From positions 245 to 64,244 of the forward strand of contig JAQRMX010000013.1 in the NCBI GenBank assembly GCA_028599125.1: a stretch of DNA of 64,000 nt. Direction: 5' to 3'. The DNA comes from Alphaproteobacteria bacterium (GTDB lineage Bacteria > Pseudomonadota > Alphaproteobacteria > Rhizobiales > NORP267). The notes under the pieces were generated by a model that was given only the letters and a program-made list of their open reading frames with translations, was not told the origin of the DNA and did no database searches. This document shows, one piece after another, positions 47,521 to 57,459 of the stretch (positions are counted from its first letter, which is position 1; each line of letters opens with the position of its first letter). Made by a program: the position numbers and the translations under genes.

Positions 47521-48336
47521 ATGGCTGAGGGTCAGGTAAGAAAGCATGATTATTTTATTGCCGATTTAAGTCCGTGGCCTTTTACGATTTCAGTATCTAC
47601 TTTTCTTTTGGCTTTTGGTCTTATCAGGTGGCTTCATGAAGGTATGCCATGGATTTTTCTTGTTGGCCTTTCAGGTGTTTTATACACCATGTTTGCGTGG
47701 TGGTCTGATGTCGTTAAGGAGAGTCTTGCTGGGCGAGTTACGCGCGTTGTTCAGCTTAATTTACGCTACGGTATGTTGTTGTTTATTGCCTCTGAGATAA
47801 TGTTTTTTGTTGCGTTTTTCTGGGCATTTTTTGACGTAGCTCTATTTCCGAATGATGCGATTCAAGACCTGCGCACGCAGAAAATAGGTGGCGTTTGGCC
47901 TCCTGAGGGGATCAAAACATTTAACCCCTGGGACCTACCTTTCATTAACACGTTGATTCTTCTTTTATCAGGTACGACTGTAACATGGGCACATCATGCG
48001 TTACGGGAGAATGATTTGCAGGGTGTGAAATGTGGCCTACTCTTGTCTATTGCACTTGGGATTACCTTTACCTTTCTGCAAGCTTATGAATATTCTCATG
48101 CCTTATTTGGTTTCAGTGGCAATATTTATGGTTCTGTTTTTTACATGGCGACTGGGTTTCACGGTTTTCACGTTATTGTCGGCACAATTTTTCTGATTGT
48201 CTGTCTTTTTCGTTCCAAGTTGGGTCATTTTACGGCGAGGGAACATTTTGGCTTTGAGGCGGCTGTCTGGTACTGGCATTTTGTTGATGTTGTTTGGCTG
48301 TTTCTTTTTGCGTCTGTTTACGTATGGGGCGGGTGA
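47521..48336 (+). CDS. coxC: cytochrome c oxidase (aa3) subunit III
   Basis: 271 aa, 7-TM. FGFEAAVWYWHFVDVVWLFLF is the typical subunit III C-terminus. Confidence 0.93.
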   Translation: MAEGQVRKHDYFIADLSPWPFTISVSTFLLAFGLIRWLHEGMPWIFLVGLSGVLYTMFAWWSDVVKESLAGRVTRVVQLNLRYGMLLFIASEIMFFVAFFWAFFDVALFPNDAIQDLRTQKIGGVWPPEGIKTFNPWDLPFINTLILLLSGTTVTWAHHALRENDLQGVKCGLLLSIALGITFTFLQAYEYSHALFGFSGNIYGSVFYMATGFHGFHVIVGTIFLIVCLFRSKLGHFTAREHFGFEAAVWYWHFVDVVWLFLFASVYVWGG

Positions 48337-48694
48337 GGTTTGTTTTTCCTGCGATACCTATTTTTCAGTAATTTTATAGGAAAGGGGTCTGATTGAGGAT
48401 GCCCTGTCTTTTTACAAGAATAGATCTCTGGTACCGGTCTTTTGATTTACTTTCCCGTGCATAAGGAAAGGGAAGCGTCTTTATTTCGTTGCTTTTGCTT
48501 TTTTTTCTTATTGGCGCCTCCCTGATGTTATCAGGATTGCCCATTTTACGGCAGATCGGTTTCTTTTTCGTCTGTTTTTTACAAATGGTGCTGCGCATGT
48601 TCTTTTCTCTTCTGTTTTGCATCTTTTCTCCTTATGTCTTTCAGAGTTTTTTGTTTTTGGCTCGGTGAAGAGAGGTTCTTTTGTTTTGGTGATT

Positions 48695-49480
48695 ATGAAG
48701 GCACGATACTGGTCTTTGATAAAACTTACCTGCCTTGTATTGCTGTGTTTTACCCTTTTACTTTATCTTGGCATGTGGCAGTTGAGGCGTCTTTCCTGGA
48801 AGGAAGAGCTTTCAGCAGATCTTGACGTCAAGTGGAACAAAGCTCCTTTAGCGCTTTCCGAAGTCGATAAGTTACATAGAGAGGGCTTCAATATTGACTA
48901 TTTTCCTGTCAAATTTGAAGCAGTTCTTTCGGGTTCACCCTATTTGCGTTTTTACTGGGTTCATGAGGGGAAGCCCGGTTGGCGTTTTATTGTGCCCGTT
49001 CATCTTTCTGATGGGCGTATTTTGATGTTGGATCGTGGATTTTCAGAGATGTATGAGTCTTCTGGTCGTTTTGTTACCGGTACATTATTTGAGTCTCCTG
49101 TTGGAGAAGTGGCTGTTGTTGGAAGGGTCTTACGTTCTCATTCCCCCGGATTTTTTACACCGGCTAATGATCCGGGTTCTAATATGTGGTACTGGCCGGA
49201 TATTCTTGCCATGAGTCTGATGTATGGTCTAGATAGACGGCGCGTTGTGCCTTATCTTGTCTCTCAAGAGGAGGGTGATGCTGTTGCCGGTCTTGTCTGG
49301 TCCGAATTTTTCCCGCATTTGTCCAACCGACATCTGGTTTATGCGCTGCAATGGTTTGGTCTTGCGGCTGTTTTGATAGTTATTTATGTCATTTTTGTCT
49401 TTAGGACTTTACACGAATTTTCAGTAGGGAAAGCGTCTGAAGAGAAAACAGAAAGAAGAGAGCGGAATTGTGGGAATTGA
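48695..49480 (+). CDS. SURF1-family cytochrome oxidase biogenesis protein
   Basis: N-terminal TM plus GMWQLRRLSWKEEL, and a C-terminal TM with HLVYALQWFGLA. ATG 48695 is preferred over the track start 48617. Confidence 0.85.
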   Translation: MKARYWSLIKLTCLVLLCFTLLLYLGMWQLRRLSWKEELSADLDVKWNKAPLALSEVDKLHREGFNIDYFPVKFEAVLSGSPYLRFYWVHEGKPGWRFIVPVHLSDGRILMLDRGFSEMYESSGRFVTGTLFESPVGEVAVVGRVLRSHSPGFFTPANDPGSNMWYWPDILAMSLMYGLDRRRVVPYLVSQEEGDAVAGLVWSEFFPHLSNRHLVYALQWFGLAAVLIVIYVIFVFRTLHEFSVGKASEEKTERRERNCGN

Positions 49481-51005
49481 ATTTTATAAAAAACTTGAGG
49501 TATTGGAGAGACGAATCACTCTTCTAGAAAGTGTATCGTCTTCACTAGAATGGGACCGAGCGGTCGTAATGCCAGATGGTGGAACGGAATACCGTGTTCA
49601 GCAAATTGTGTTGCTTTCCAGCTTGCATCATGAGCTTTCAATTTCCTCTTCCCGTGCTTTTCTCATTGAGAAAGCGCAGGGTGAAGTTGGTGACCTTGAT
49701 GAGTGGCAGAAAGCCAATCTTGAAAATATTGGGCACAATTATCTTCGTGCTACGGCGTTGAAATCGGACCTTGTTGAATCACTGTCCATTGCAATGAGCA
49801 AGACAGAGTTTATTTGGCGCAGTGCTTGTGAAGCGAAAGATTTTGCTATCGTTTCTGATTCGTTTTCTCATCTGGTTTCTCTCGTGCGTGAGAAAGCGTC
49901 GGCTCTTGGTGATGCTTTAGGCCTGGATCCGTATGATGCTTTGCTTGATGGTTATGATCGAGGTCTTCGGTGCGCAGATTTTGAAGGTTATTTCAAACGT
50001 TTCCTGAATGAAATTCCTTCCCTTCTTGGAGCTGTTCTGGATCGTCAGGATCGTCAGGATTGTGAGGCACCATTAATTTCCACGGGTGATTTTTTTGAAA
50101 TTGCAAAACAAGTGGATTTGAATCGGGCGCTTGTTGAGCGTCTAGGTTTTGATTTTAAACATGGTCGCCTTGATACGAGCCATCATCCTTTTTCTTCCGG
50201 TGTTCCGGATGATGTTCGCATGACGACGCGTTATGAAGAGGGGAGCTGGTTTCAGGCTGTTATGGCAAGTATTCATGAGACGGGTCATTCTCTGTATACA
50301 CGTGGCTTACCAGAGCTTTGGAAGTATCAGCCGGTTGGAGAGGCGCGTGGTATGATTTTGCACGAGAGCCAGTCTTTGTGTTTTGAAATGCAGCTTGCTC
50401 GTTCTCGTGATTTTTTGTCTTTTCTTGGCCCTTTTGCAGCGGATCATCTTGGTTTCACTGGTCCGGCTTGGAGCGGTGACAATCTCTGGCGTCAGCTATG
50501 TAGGGTGAAACGCAGTCTGATTCGCTATAAAGCGGATGAAGTTACCTATCCGTTGCATATTGTTTTGCGTTTTTTTCTGGAAAAGCGTCTTATTGACGGG
50601 ACATTGGCAGTTCGTGATCTTCCTGATGCATGGAGTGCGGAGATGAATCGCCTGCTTGGTATTTCTCCCCGGCATGATGGAGAGGGTTGTCTGCAGGATA
50701 TTCATTGGTATTCGGGGGCTTTTGGTTATTTTCCGACCTATACTCTAGGGGCGATGGCAGCGGCGCAGTTTTTTTCTTCTGCTGTTGTGGAACATCCGGA
50801 AATTTTTGACGAGGCTGGGAGGGGAAGTGCAGCGTCTCTGATCGGATGGATGCATCGCCAAGTCCATTCACGTGGGTCTTTTCTTCCAACACAGGAAGTT
50901 TTGAAGGCAGCAACAGGTCGCTCGCTTGACGTCGAGGTCTTTTTGTCTCACCTTCGTCGTCGCTATCTTTCGGGGACCGTTCCTCCAGACACAAAGGGGG
51001 AGTAA
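49470..51005 (+). CDS. M32 carboxypeptidase (Taq-type metallocarboxypeptidase)
   Basis: HETGHSLY (HExxH), HHPFSSG..DDVRMTTRY and IHWYSGAFGYFPTYTLG blocks. The GTG start overlaps the SURF1 end by 11 nt. Confidence 0.85.
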   Translation: MGIEFYKKLEVLERRITLLESVSSSLEWDRAVVMPDGGTEYRVQQIVLLSSLHHELSISSSRAFLIEKAQGEVGDLDEWQKANLENIGHNYLRATALKSDLVESLSIAMSKTEFIWRSACEAKDFAIVSDSFSHLVSLVREKASALGDALGLDPYDALLDGYDRGLRCADFEGYFKRFLNEIPSLLGAVLDRQDRQDCEAPLISTGDFFEIAKQVDLNRALVERLGFDFKHGRLDTSHHPFSSGVPDDVRMTTRYEEGSWFQAVMASIHETGHSLYTRGLPELWKYQPVGEARGMILHESQSLCFEMQLARSRDFLSFLGPFAADHLGFTGPAWSGDNLWRQLCRVKRSLIRYKADEVTYPLHIVLRFFLEKRLIDGTLAVRDLPDAWSAEMNRLLGISPRHDGEGCLQDIHWYSGAFGYFPTYTLGAMAAAQFFSSAVVEHPEIFDEAGRGSAASLIGWMHRQVHSRGSFLPTQEVLKAATGRSLDVEVFLSHLRRRYLSGTVPPDTKGE

Positions 51006-51007
51006 TT

Positions 51008-52420
51008 TTGCATTATGAGGGTTCCAGGGGCGGGTGTGTTTGCTCTTTTGAGGAGGCTTTGTTTTCTGGCCTTGCACCTGATGGTGGGCTTTATGTTCCC
51101 GTTGTCTGGCCGTCCTTGACGCCATCGGCTATCTCAGGATATGCGGGGTCTCCATATGCGTTTGTTGCGCATGACGTTATTTTTCCCTTTCTCGGTTCCT
51201 GCATCAGCAAAAATGAATTCCGTGTCATGGTTGAGAAGGCTTATTCCGGCTTCACGCATCCGGCTGTTGTGCCTCTTGTTCAAACGGGAGCAAATGATTT
51301 TATTCTTGAATTATTTCATGGTCCTACCATGGCTTTCAAGGATATTGCGATGCAGCTTATTTCCGGTTTGATGGATCACATGCCGTGTGATTCTGGTCGT
51401 CATAAGACTCTTCTGTGTGCAACTTCCGGAGATACGGGTGCTGCCGCTGTTGAAGCCTTTCGTGATTGTCAGAATATGGATTTGTTCATTTTGCATCCCA
51501 AAGGAAGGGTAAGTGAGATTCAACGCAGGCAAATGACGACCGTTAAAGAAGGGCATATACACAATATTGCTCTTGAGGGGAGCTTTGACGATTGTCAGCG
51601 TATAGTGAAAACTTTGTTTAGCGATTGTGTTATGCGTGAGCGTTTTTGTTTTTCTGGTATTAATTCGATCAACTGGGCCCGCATTGTTGCACAGGTTGTT
51701 TATTATATTTCGGCGGCGGCTTCTCTTGGAGCTCCGCATCGTAAAATTGCTTTTTCTGTTCCGACAGGAAATTTCGGTGATATTTATGCGGGTTATGTTG
51801 CTCATTGCATGGGCCTCAACATTGAACGCCTCATCATAGGCACGAATGTCAATGATCTTTTGACGCGGGTGCTACGGACAGGTGTCTATGAAGTGCAGGA
51901 TGTGATTGCAACTCAAAGTCCAAGTATGGATATTCAGCTTTCAAGTAATTTTGAGCGTCTTTTGTTTGATTTGACGGGTCGGGACAGTAGCTGTATAGCC
52001 GTCATGATGGAGTCGTTGAAGTTGTATGGTCGTTTTGTTCTTGATGAGGCTCTTTGCGCTTCGTTGCATCATCTGTTTTGTTCTTACTCTTGTAATGAGG
52101 AAGAGACGGTTTGGACCATGAAAGATGTTTTCAGACGTACGGGACTTGTTATTGATCCCCACACGGCAGTCGGTGTCAAGGCGGCTCGCTCTGCCCGTTC
52201 AGAGGGAGCTGTTGACGTTGATACGGTTTTGGTTACGCTTGCGACAGCGCATCCTTCAAAATTTCCTAAATCTGTGCGTGCTGCGACAGGTATTTTTCCG
52301 GATTTACCGGAGAGAGTTAGCGATCTTTATGCGGAGGAAGAGCGTTATGAGGTATTACCGAATGATGTGAGAACTGTTTCCTGTTTTATTGAGACGCAGT
52401 CTCGCAGGATTCGTTACTGA
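51008..52420 (+). CDS. thrC: threonine synthase
   Basis: N-terminus (M)HYEGSRGG...GLAPDGGLYVP. PLP lysine block FHGPTMAFKD. TTG start 2 nt after the upstream stop. Confidence 0.93.
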   Translation: MHYEGSRGGCVCSFEEALFSGLAPDGGLYVPVVWPSLTPSAISGYAGSPYAFVAHDVIFPFLGSCISKNEFRVMVEKAYSGFTHPAVVPLVQTGANDFILELFHGPTMAFKDIAMQLISGLMDHMPCDSGRHKTLLCATSGDTGAAAVEAFRDCQNMDLFILHPKGRVSEIQRRQMTTVKEGHIHNIALEGSFDDCQRIVKTLFSDCVMRERFCFSGINSINWARIVAQVVYYISAAASLGAPHRKIAFSVPTGNFGDIYAGYVAHCMGLNIERLIIGTNVNDLLTRVLRTGVYEVQDVIATQSPSMDIQLSSNFERLLFDLTGRDSSCIAVMMESLKLYGRFVLDEALCASLHHLFCSYSCNEEETVWTMKDVFRRTGLVIDPHTAVGVKAARSARSEGAVDVDTVLVTLATAHPSKFPKSVRAATGIFPDLPERVSDLYAEEERYEVLPNDVRTVSCFIETQSRRIRY

Positions 52421-52428
52421 AGGTTTTT

Positions 52429-53694
52429 ATGACGATTTCAATTTCAAAGTTAAAGAATGGTTTTACTGTTATCAGCGAAACCATAAGTCACGTGGAAACG
52501 GCGTGGGTTGGGATCTGGGCTGATGTCGGGTCACGCTGCGAGGCTCCGGAAGATCAGGGTATTTCTCATTTTCTTGAACATATGGCCTTTAAGGGCACGA
52601 ATCGAAGGACCGCCCGTCAAATTGCAGAAGAAATTGAAAGAGTTGGAGGATGTCTGAATGCATGTACAAGCAGCGAAAGCACCGGTTATTACGCTTCTGT
52701 TTTGAAAGAAGATGTTGATCTTGCTGTTGATATTCTTTGTGACATTCTTTTGAACTCCACATTTGATACACACGAGCTGGTACGCGAACAGAAAGTGGTT
52801 TTGCAGGAGATCAGTGCCGTCCATGATACTCCTGATGATCTGGTATTTGACCTGTTCCTTGAAGCGGCTTATTCTGGGCATCCTTTGGGGTGGAGTATAC
52901 TAGGGACACAGAAAACGGTTAGTCATTTTACACCGGACCGTTTGCGTGCGTATCTGGAGAAAAATTATTCGGCCTCCAATATGGTTCTCTGTGCTGTCGG
53001 TGCTGTTTCCCACGATGAGCTTCTTGAGCTTGCTGAGCGTCATATTTCTGATTTTCCATCCTTTAGTAAGGAGAGTAATCTTCCAGCGATTTATCATGGT
53101 GGTGAGCGTTGTCTTGAGCGTGATCTGGAGCAGGTTCAGTTTGTTGTTGGTCTTTCTGCTCCGTGCTACCATGACAAGGATTTTTATGTAGCGCGTCTGC
53201 TTTCAATGATCATGGGAGGAGGAATGTCGTCCCGTTTGTTTCAAGAAGTGCGGGAGGTGCGTGGTCTGTGCTACTGTATCTCTTCTTTTCATTGGCCATT
53301 TCGTGATGCTGGTCTTTTTGGTATTCATGCGGCGACCGGTGCCCGAGATTTGCCTGAACTTTCTTCGGTCATAACAGGAGAATTGCTTCGTATTGCTCTT
53401 GATATTCATGAGGATGAGGTTGCCCGTGCCCGTCGGCAAGTCAGAGCGAATCTTCTGATAAGTCTAGAGTCACTTCCTGCTCGCGCGGATCGTTTGATTC
53501 GTCAGATGATGCTGTTTGGGAAGATCATGACGACTGATGAATTATTACGAGAAATTGATGCTGTTACGGTGAAAAAACTTCATGAACTATCTGAGAATTT
53601 GCGTTGTGTCGGTCAACCGTCTGTTGCTACGATTGGTCCTGTTTCGAACCCAAATATCTATACCAGTATTGCGGAGCGTCTGTCATTTTCCTGA
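52429..53694 (+). CDS. M16-family zinc peptidase (mitochondrial-processing-peptidase-like)
   Basis: HFLEHMAFKG (HxxEH) with the downstream E in EEIE. 421 aa, no signal peptide. Confidence 0.88.
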   Translation: MTISISKLKNGFTVISETISHVETAWVGIWADVGSRCEAPEDQGISHFLEHMAFKGTNRRTARQIAEEIERVGGCLNACTSSESTGYYASVLKEDVDLAVDILCDILLNSTFDTHELVREQKVVLQEISAVHDTPDDLVFDLFLEAAYSGHPLGWSILGTQKTVSHFTPDRLRAYLEKNYSASNMVLCAVGAVSHDELLELAERHISDFPSFSKESNLPAIYHGGERCLERDLEQVQFVVGLSAPCYHDKDFYVARLLSMIMGGGMSSRLFQEVREVRGLCYCISSFHWPFRDAGLFGIHAATGARDLPELSSVITGELLRIALDIHEDEVARARRQVRANLLISLESLPARADRLIRQMMLFGKIMTTDELLREIDAVTVKKLHELSENLRCVGQPSVATIGPVSNPNIYTSIAERLSFS

Positions 53695-53831
53695 ACGTAT
53701 CAGGAAAGATAAAGATAGTTTATTTTTCTCCTTATATTTCTTGATTGTTATATTTTTGTTTTTGTACTTTCAGACATAGCTGATTATAGTTCTTCTCTTG
53801 TGAAGAGGCCAACATTATCTGGAGGAGCGCT

Positions 53832-56714
53832 GTGGCACCAGGACTCTTAATTATCAGGGTGATTTTGGTCTTTTTCTTTTTTTTATCCGGTGGAATGAAA
53901 GCAGCGGCTCTTGATAGCATCTCTTTGCTGCCGGAAGTAAAAGCGCTTGATATTACAGATCTTGTTGAACACCATGGTAGCGTTGGGGATCGTATTCAGG
54001 TTTCCATTGCTCCCGGAATGGACGGTCTAGTCCGTCGTATTCTTGTGCATGCGCAAGAATCGGGAGGGAATAGTTATTGGGCTGTTTTTGCACTGGCTAA
54101 CAGATCTGAGGAAGCGCTCGAACGTCTTCTTGTTTCTGATTATTACCATTTTCCTGGTTCAGGGATGGTTTGGCCTGATCTTGGTGTGTCGAGAATTGCC
54201 TCGATCACTCCCTCTCAAGGCCCCCCACCGCGTCCTTTGTCTTATTGGGGAGCGGATGTATTTGTTATTTCTCTTAACCCGGGAGAAGTTATTACTTTTG
54301 TTCTTGAATTGCGTGCAGATAATTTGCCTCATCTTTATCTTTGGGAGAAAGATGCCTATGAAAACAAGCTGAATGGTTTAGCATTTTTTCATGGCCTTCT
54401 GGCTGGTATTTCTGGTCTTCTGGCCTTGCTTCTGACGCTTGCTTTTGTTGTCCGCTGGTCTCTTTTTTTTCCTGCAGCTGCTCTTTTTTCCTGGTCTGTA
54501 TTTGCGTATTTCTGTGTTGAATTTGGTCTTTTAGATCGCGTTTTCGGTATTTCCGGTTCTGGGAATCCATTTTATCGTGCCGGTGCAGAAATTATGATGC
54601 CGGTTACGCTGCTCATTTTTATTTTTACTTTTCTTAAGCTGCGCTATTGGCATGTTTATTTTGTCTATGTTGTTTTTTTCTGGCTTTTTTGTTTGTTGAT
54701 GTTGTTGGGAGTTGCGTTATATCAGCCACCGATTGCTGCAGGTCTTGCGCGTTTTTCTTTTGCTTTTCTTGGTGTGATTGTTTTTCTTCTTTTGCTCTTT
54801 CTTGGGTTTAAACGTTGTGATCGTGCGATTGTTCTGATACCGGCTTGGAGTCTTTTTCTTCTTTGGTTATTTGGTGCTGGTGCTGCAATTGCGGGGCGTT
54901 GGGAAGGTGATCTGGTTTTTTTAGCCATCATGTCAGGTCTTGTCGTCGTTGTTTTGGTGATGACCGTGACCGTGGTGCAATATGCTTTTTCCGGTGGGGT
55001 CGCGATTCTTACCAAGGAAACTGATGCGGGGCGGAAGGCGTTAGCGTTGTCAGGGTGCGGTGTTTCGGTCTGGGATTGGTCGATTGTTCAGAAGCGTGTT
55101 TTCACAGGAGCTGAATTTTCAACATCTTTAGGCTACGATCCTGAAAGTTTGTCTTGTTCTATCAAGAAGTGGTTATCCCATGTTTATCTTGCGGATCGTT
55201 CGGTTCTTGAAGTGACATTGAGAACTGCAGTTGAGCAGCGTGGTGGCTGTGTTGACACGAAATTCCGTATTTTACGCTCTGATGGTCGTATTGCCTGGGT
55301 TCATTTGAAAGCACGTCCCGTTATTGGTTCAGAAGGCAAGATTGTGCGTTGCATCGGGACATTAAACGACATTACGGTAGCCCGTGTTGCTCAGGAGCGT
55401 CTGATGCATGATGCCATTTATGATAATCTTACGGGTTTACCGAACCGTCCCCTGTTTCTTGATCGTCTTGGCATGATCATGAAGCTTTCATATACAGGAA
55501 AATTAAGGCATCCGGCGGTGTTGCTTTTTGCTTTTCATGATCTAAAAGAAGTAGGGGGACAGCTGGTCAGTGATTCAATCCTGCTGACTATGACATATCG
55601 TCTTAGCCGTATTATTGATCAATGTGATACGCTAGGTCGTCTTTCTGGCAATCGTCTTGCTGTTATTTTGATTTCCGCGTCTGATCCGAAACGCATTGCC
55701 AGTTTTGCAAGGGAAGCTAAAGAGGCGCTCAAAGTTCCGATCATGCTCCATGGTCAAGAGGTCAGCTTGGTCCCGCTTATTGGCCTTTCTCTTTACAAGC
55801 ATAGTCATAAGGATGCAGATGCGTTGCTTTCGGAAGCCGAAATTGCGATGCGTCATACCAGTAAACTGGAGACTGATAGGATTGGGATTTTTGATCCGGT
55901 CATGATAGCGGACAAAATGGAATATGGGCCACTGGGGAGCGAATTGAATCACGCAATCACGAGTGATGAATTTGAGTTTCTGTACCAGCCTGTCATGACA
56001 TTATCTGATCCTGTGCCTGTAATTGCAGGTTTTGAAGTTATGGTCCGTTGGAACCATCCTCGCTTAGGTCCGCTGAATTCGGATGAATTTGTTGAGTTTT
56101 TTGACGAAGATGAAAAAATCAGTGAATTCTTTCTCTATGTTGTCAATCATGCGGCTATACAATTACGCAATTGGCAGGCCTTACTCCGTGATCGGTGTGA
56201 GCTTTTTATGTCTATAAAGCTCTTTAGTGAACGACTTTTACGGTATGAAGTTGTTAATGATCTAAAACAGATCTTTTTACATACCGGTATTTTTCCTCGT
56301 TCCCTGAAAATTGAGATTTCAGAATCTGTCTTGATGTTAAATATGGAGCTTGCGGCACGGATTATACGTGATTTACGTAATCTGGAGTCCGGCGTGATTC
56401 TTGATACATTCGGTACGCGGTATCTGGCGCTTGAGTGTCTAGAATCCTGTCCGTTTGAAATGATCCGAGTCAGTAAGCCTTTTGTTTCTGTAAATGGTGT
56501 AGGCAAGCGTTCTGTGATTCTCGGATCGATTATAGAAATGATGCGTGATTTGGGGATTTTTGTTTTGGTTTCCGGTTTAGACTGTCCTGAAGATGTTTAT
56601 GATTTGGGTGAAATGGGCTGCAAGTTCGGCCAAGGTTATGTTTTTGGGAAGCCTGTGCCAGCAAAAGAAGTGAAGAAGAAGCTTACAGGTAGTTTAATCA
56701 GGCCTGGTTTCTGA
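53832..56714 (+). CDS. membrane sensor protein: periplasmic domain + ~7 TM + PAS + degenerate GGDEF + degenerate EAL
   Basis: GTG start with GGAGGAG upstream. The hydrophobic block runs from about aa 190 to 390. PAS-like region is WDWSIVQKRVF...LRSDGRIAWVHLKARPV. The GGDEF position reads RLSGNRLAV (55644-55658). The EAL position reads GFEVMVRW (56034-56042). QGYVFGKP is retained. Confidence 0.85.
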   Translation: MAPGLLIIRVILVFFFFLSGGMKAAALDSISLLPEVKALDITDLVEHHGSVGDRIQVSIAPGMDGLVRRILVHAQESGGNSYWAVFALANRSEEALERLLVSDYYHFPGSGMVWPDLGVSRIASITPSQGPPPRPLSYWGADVFVISLNPGEVITFVLELRADNLPHLYLWEKDAYENKLNGLAFFHGLLAGISGLLALLLTLAFVVRWSLFFPAAALFSWSVFAYFCVEFGLLDRVFGISGSGNPFYRAGAEIMMPVTLLIFIFTFLKLRYWHVYFVYVVFFWLFCLLMLLGVALYQPPIAAGLARFSFAFLGVIVFLLLLFLGFKRCDRAIVLIPAWSLFLLWLFGAGAAIAGRWEGDLVFLAIMSGLVVVVLVMTVTVVQYAFSGGVAILTKETDAGRKALALSGCGVSVWDWSIVQKRVFTGAEFSTSLGYDPESLSCSIKKWLSHVYLADRSVLEVTLRTAVEQRGGCVDTKFRILRSDGRIAWVHLKARPVIGSEGKIVRCIGTLNDITVARVAQERLMHDAIYDNLTGLPNRPLFLDRLGMIMKLSYTGKLRHPAVLLFAFHDLKEVGGQLVSDSILLTMTYRLSRIIDQCDTLGRLSGNRLAVILISASDPKRIASFAREAKEALKVPIMLHGQEVSLVPLIGLSLYKHSHKDADALLSEAEIAMRHTSKLETDRIGIFDPVMIADKMEYGPLGSELNHAITSDEFEFLYQPVMTLSDPVPVIAGFEVMVRWNHPRLGPLNSDEFVEFFDEDEKISEFFLYVVNHAAIQLRNWQALLRDRCELFMSIKLFSERLLRYEVVNDLKQIFLHTGIFPRSLKIEISESVLMLNMELAARIIRDLRNLESGVILDTFGTRYLALECLESCPFEMIRVSKPFVSVNGVGKRSVILGSIIEMMRDLGIFVLVSGLDCPEDVYDLGEMGCKFGQGYVFGKPVPAKEVKKKLTGSLIRPGF

Positions 56715-56862
56715 GCACATATGTCATTTTGGCGTTTCATAGTACCGGAGACGTCTTTGGAAGCCTTTCTGGTTTTGGATGTGTTGCCAGAGGAGTTTCG
56801 CATGTGGGTTTTGTGGTATTTTTCCGTTATCTTTTATTTCGGCCCTGATTTTTATTCATTGT

Positions 56863-57459
56863 TCATGAATGACCGATTTCGCTGACAAGGTGGAGTGGGT
56901 TGACACCTATGCTTGCTAGGGCCATGTCATACCTTTTGGAAAGATCAGAGGTAAAGAGAATTTGGGAATTAACCGGGCAATTCAGCCAATTATTGCCATG
57001 GATCTCATTTTCCAATTGTCCTGGTGCCCAACCGGTATATCCTAGCGCTAGGAGAAATTGTTCCGGTCCGGTCCCTTCTATAATTTTTTTAAGAATATCA
57101 AGTGTTGCAGTCAGGTGAATCTGATCATTGATTGATACGGTTTCATTTTCTGCATGATAATCAGGTGAGTGGATCACAAAGCCCCGTTCCTGCTCAATGG
57201 GGCCACCTATGTGAACGGCTTTACATTCCATTTCTTTTGGTAGCGTAATGTTGCTTTTTGAGGGAAAGAGCTTGAGTTTCTTGAGCAATTCCGGGAGGCT
57301 GATATTTTTTACTGTGCGGTTGATGATAATGCCCATAGCGCCCACTTCAGAGTGGGCACATAAGTAAATCACGCTTCGCTCAAATTGGGGATCCTCCATT
57401 GTTGGCATAGCAATAAGCATTTGTCCGTCCAAGTGAAAATCCTTGAGAAGGTGAGGCAT
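56863..57459 (-). CDS. yqgE: UPF0301 (YqgE/AlgH) family protein
   Basis: 198 aa. GQMLIAMPTMEDPQFERSVIYLCAHSEVGAMGIIINR...GGPIEQERGFVIHS is typical of the YqgE/AlgH family. Confidence 0.85.
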   Translation of the reverse strand: MPHLLKDFHLDGQMLIAMPTMEDPQFERSVIYLCAHSEVGAMGIIINRTVKNISLPELLKKLKLFPSKSNITLPKEMECKAVHIGGPIEQERGFVIHSPDYHAENETVSINDQIHLTATLDILKKIIEGTGPEQFLLALGYTGWAPGQLENEIHGNNWLNCPVNSQILFTSDLSKRYDMALASIGVNPLHLVSEIGHS

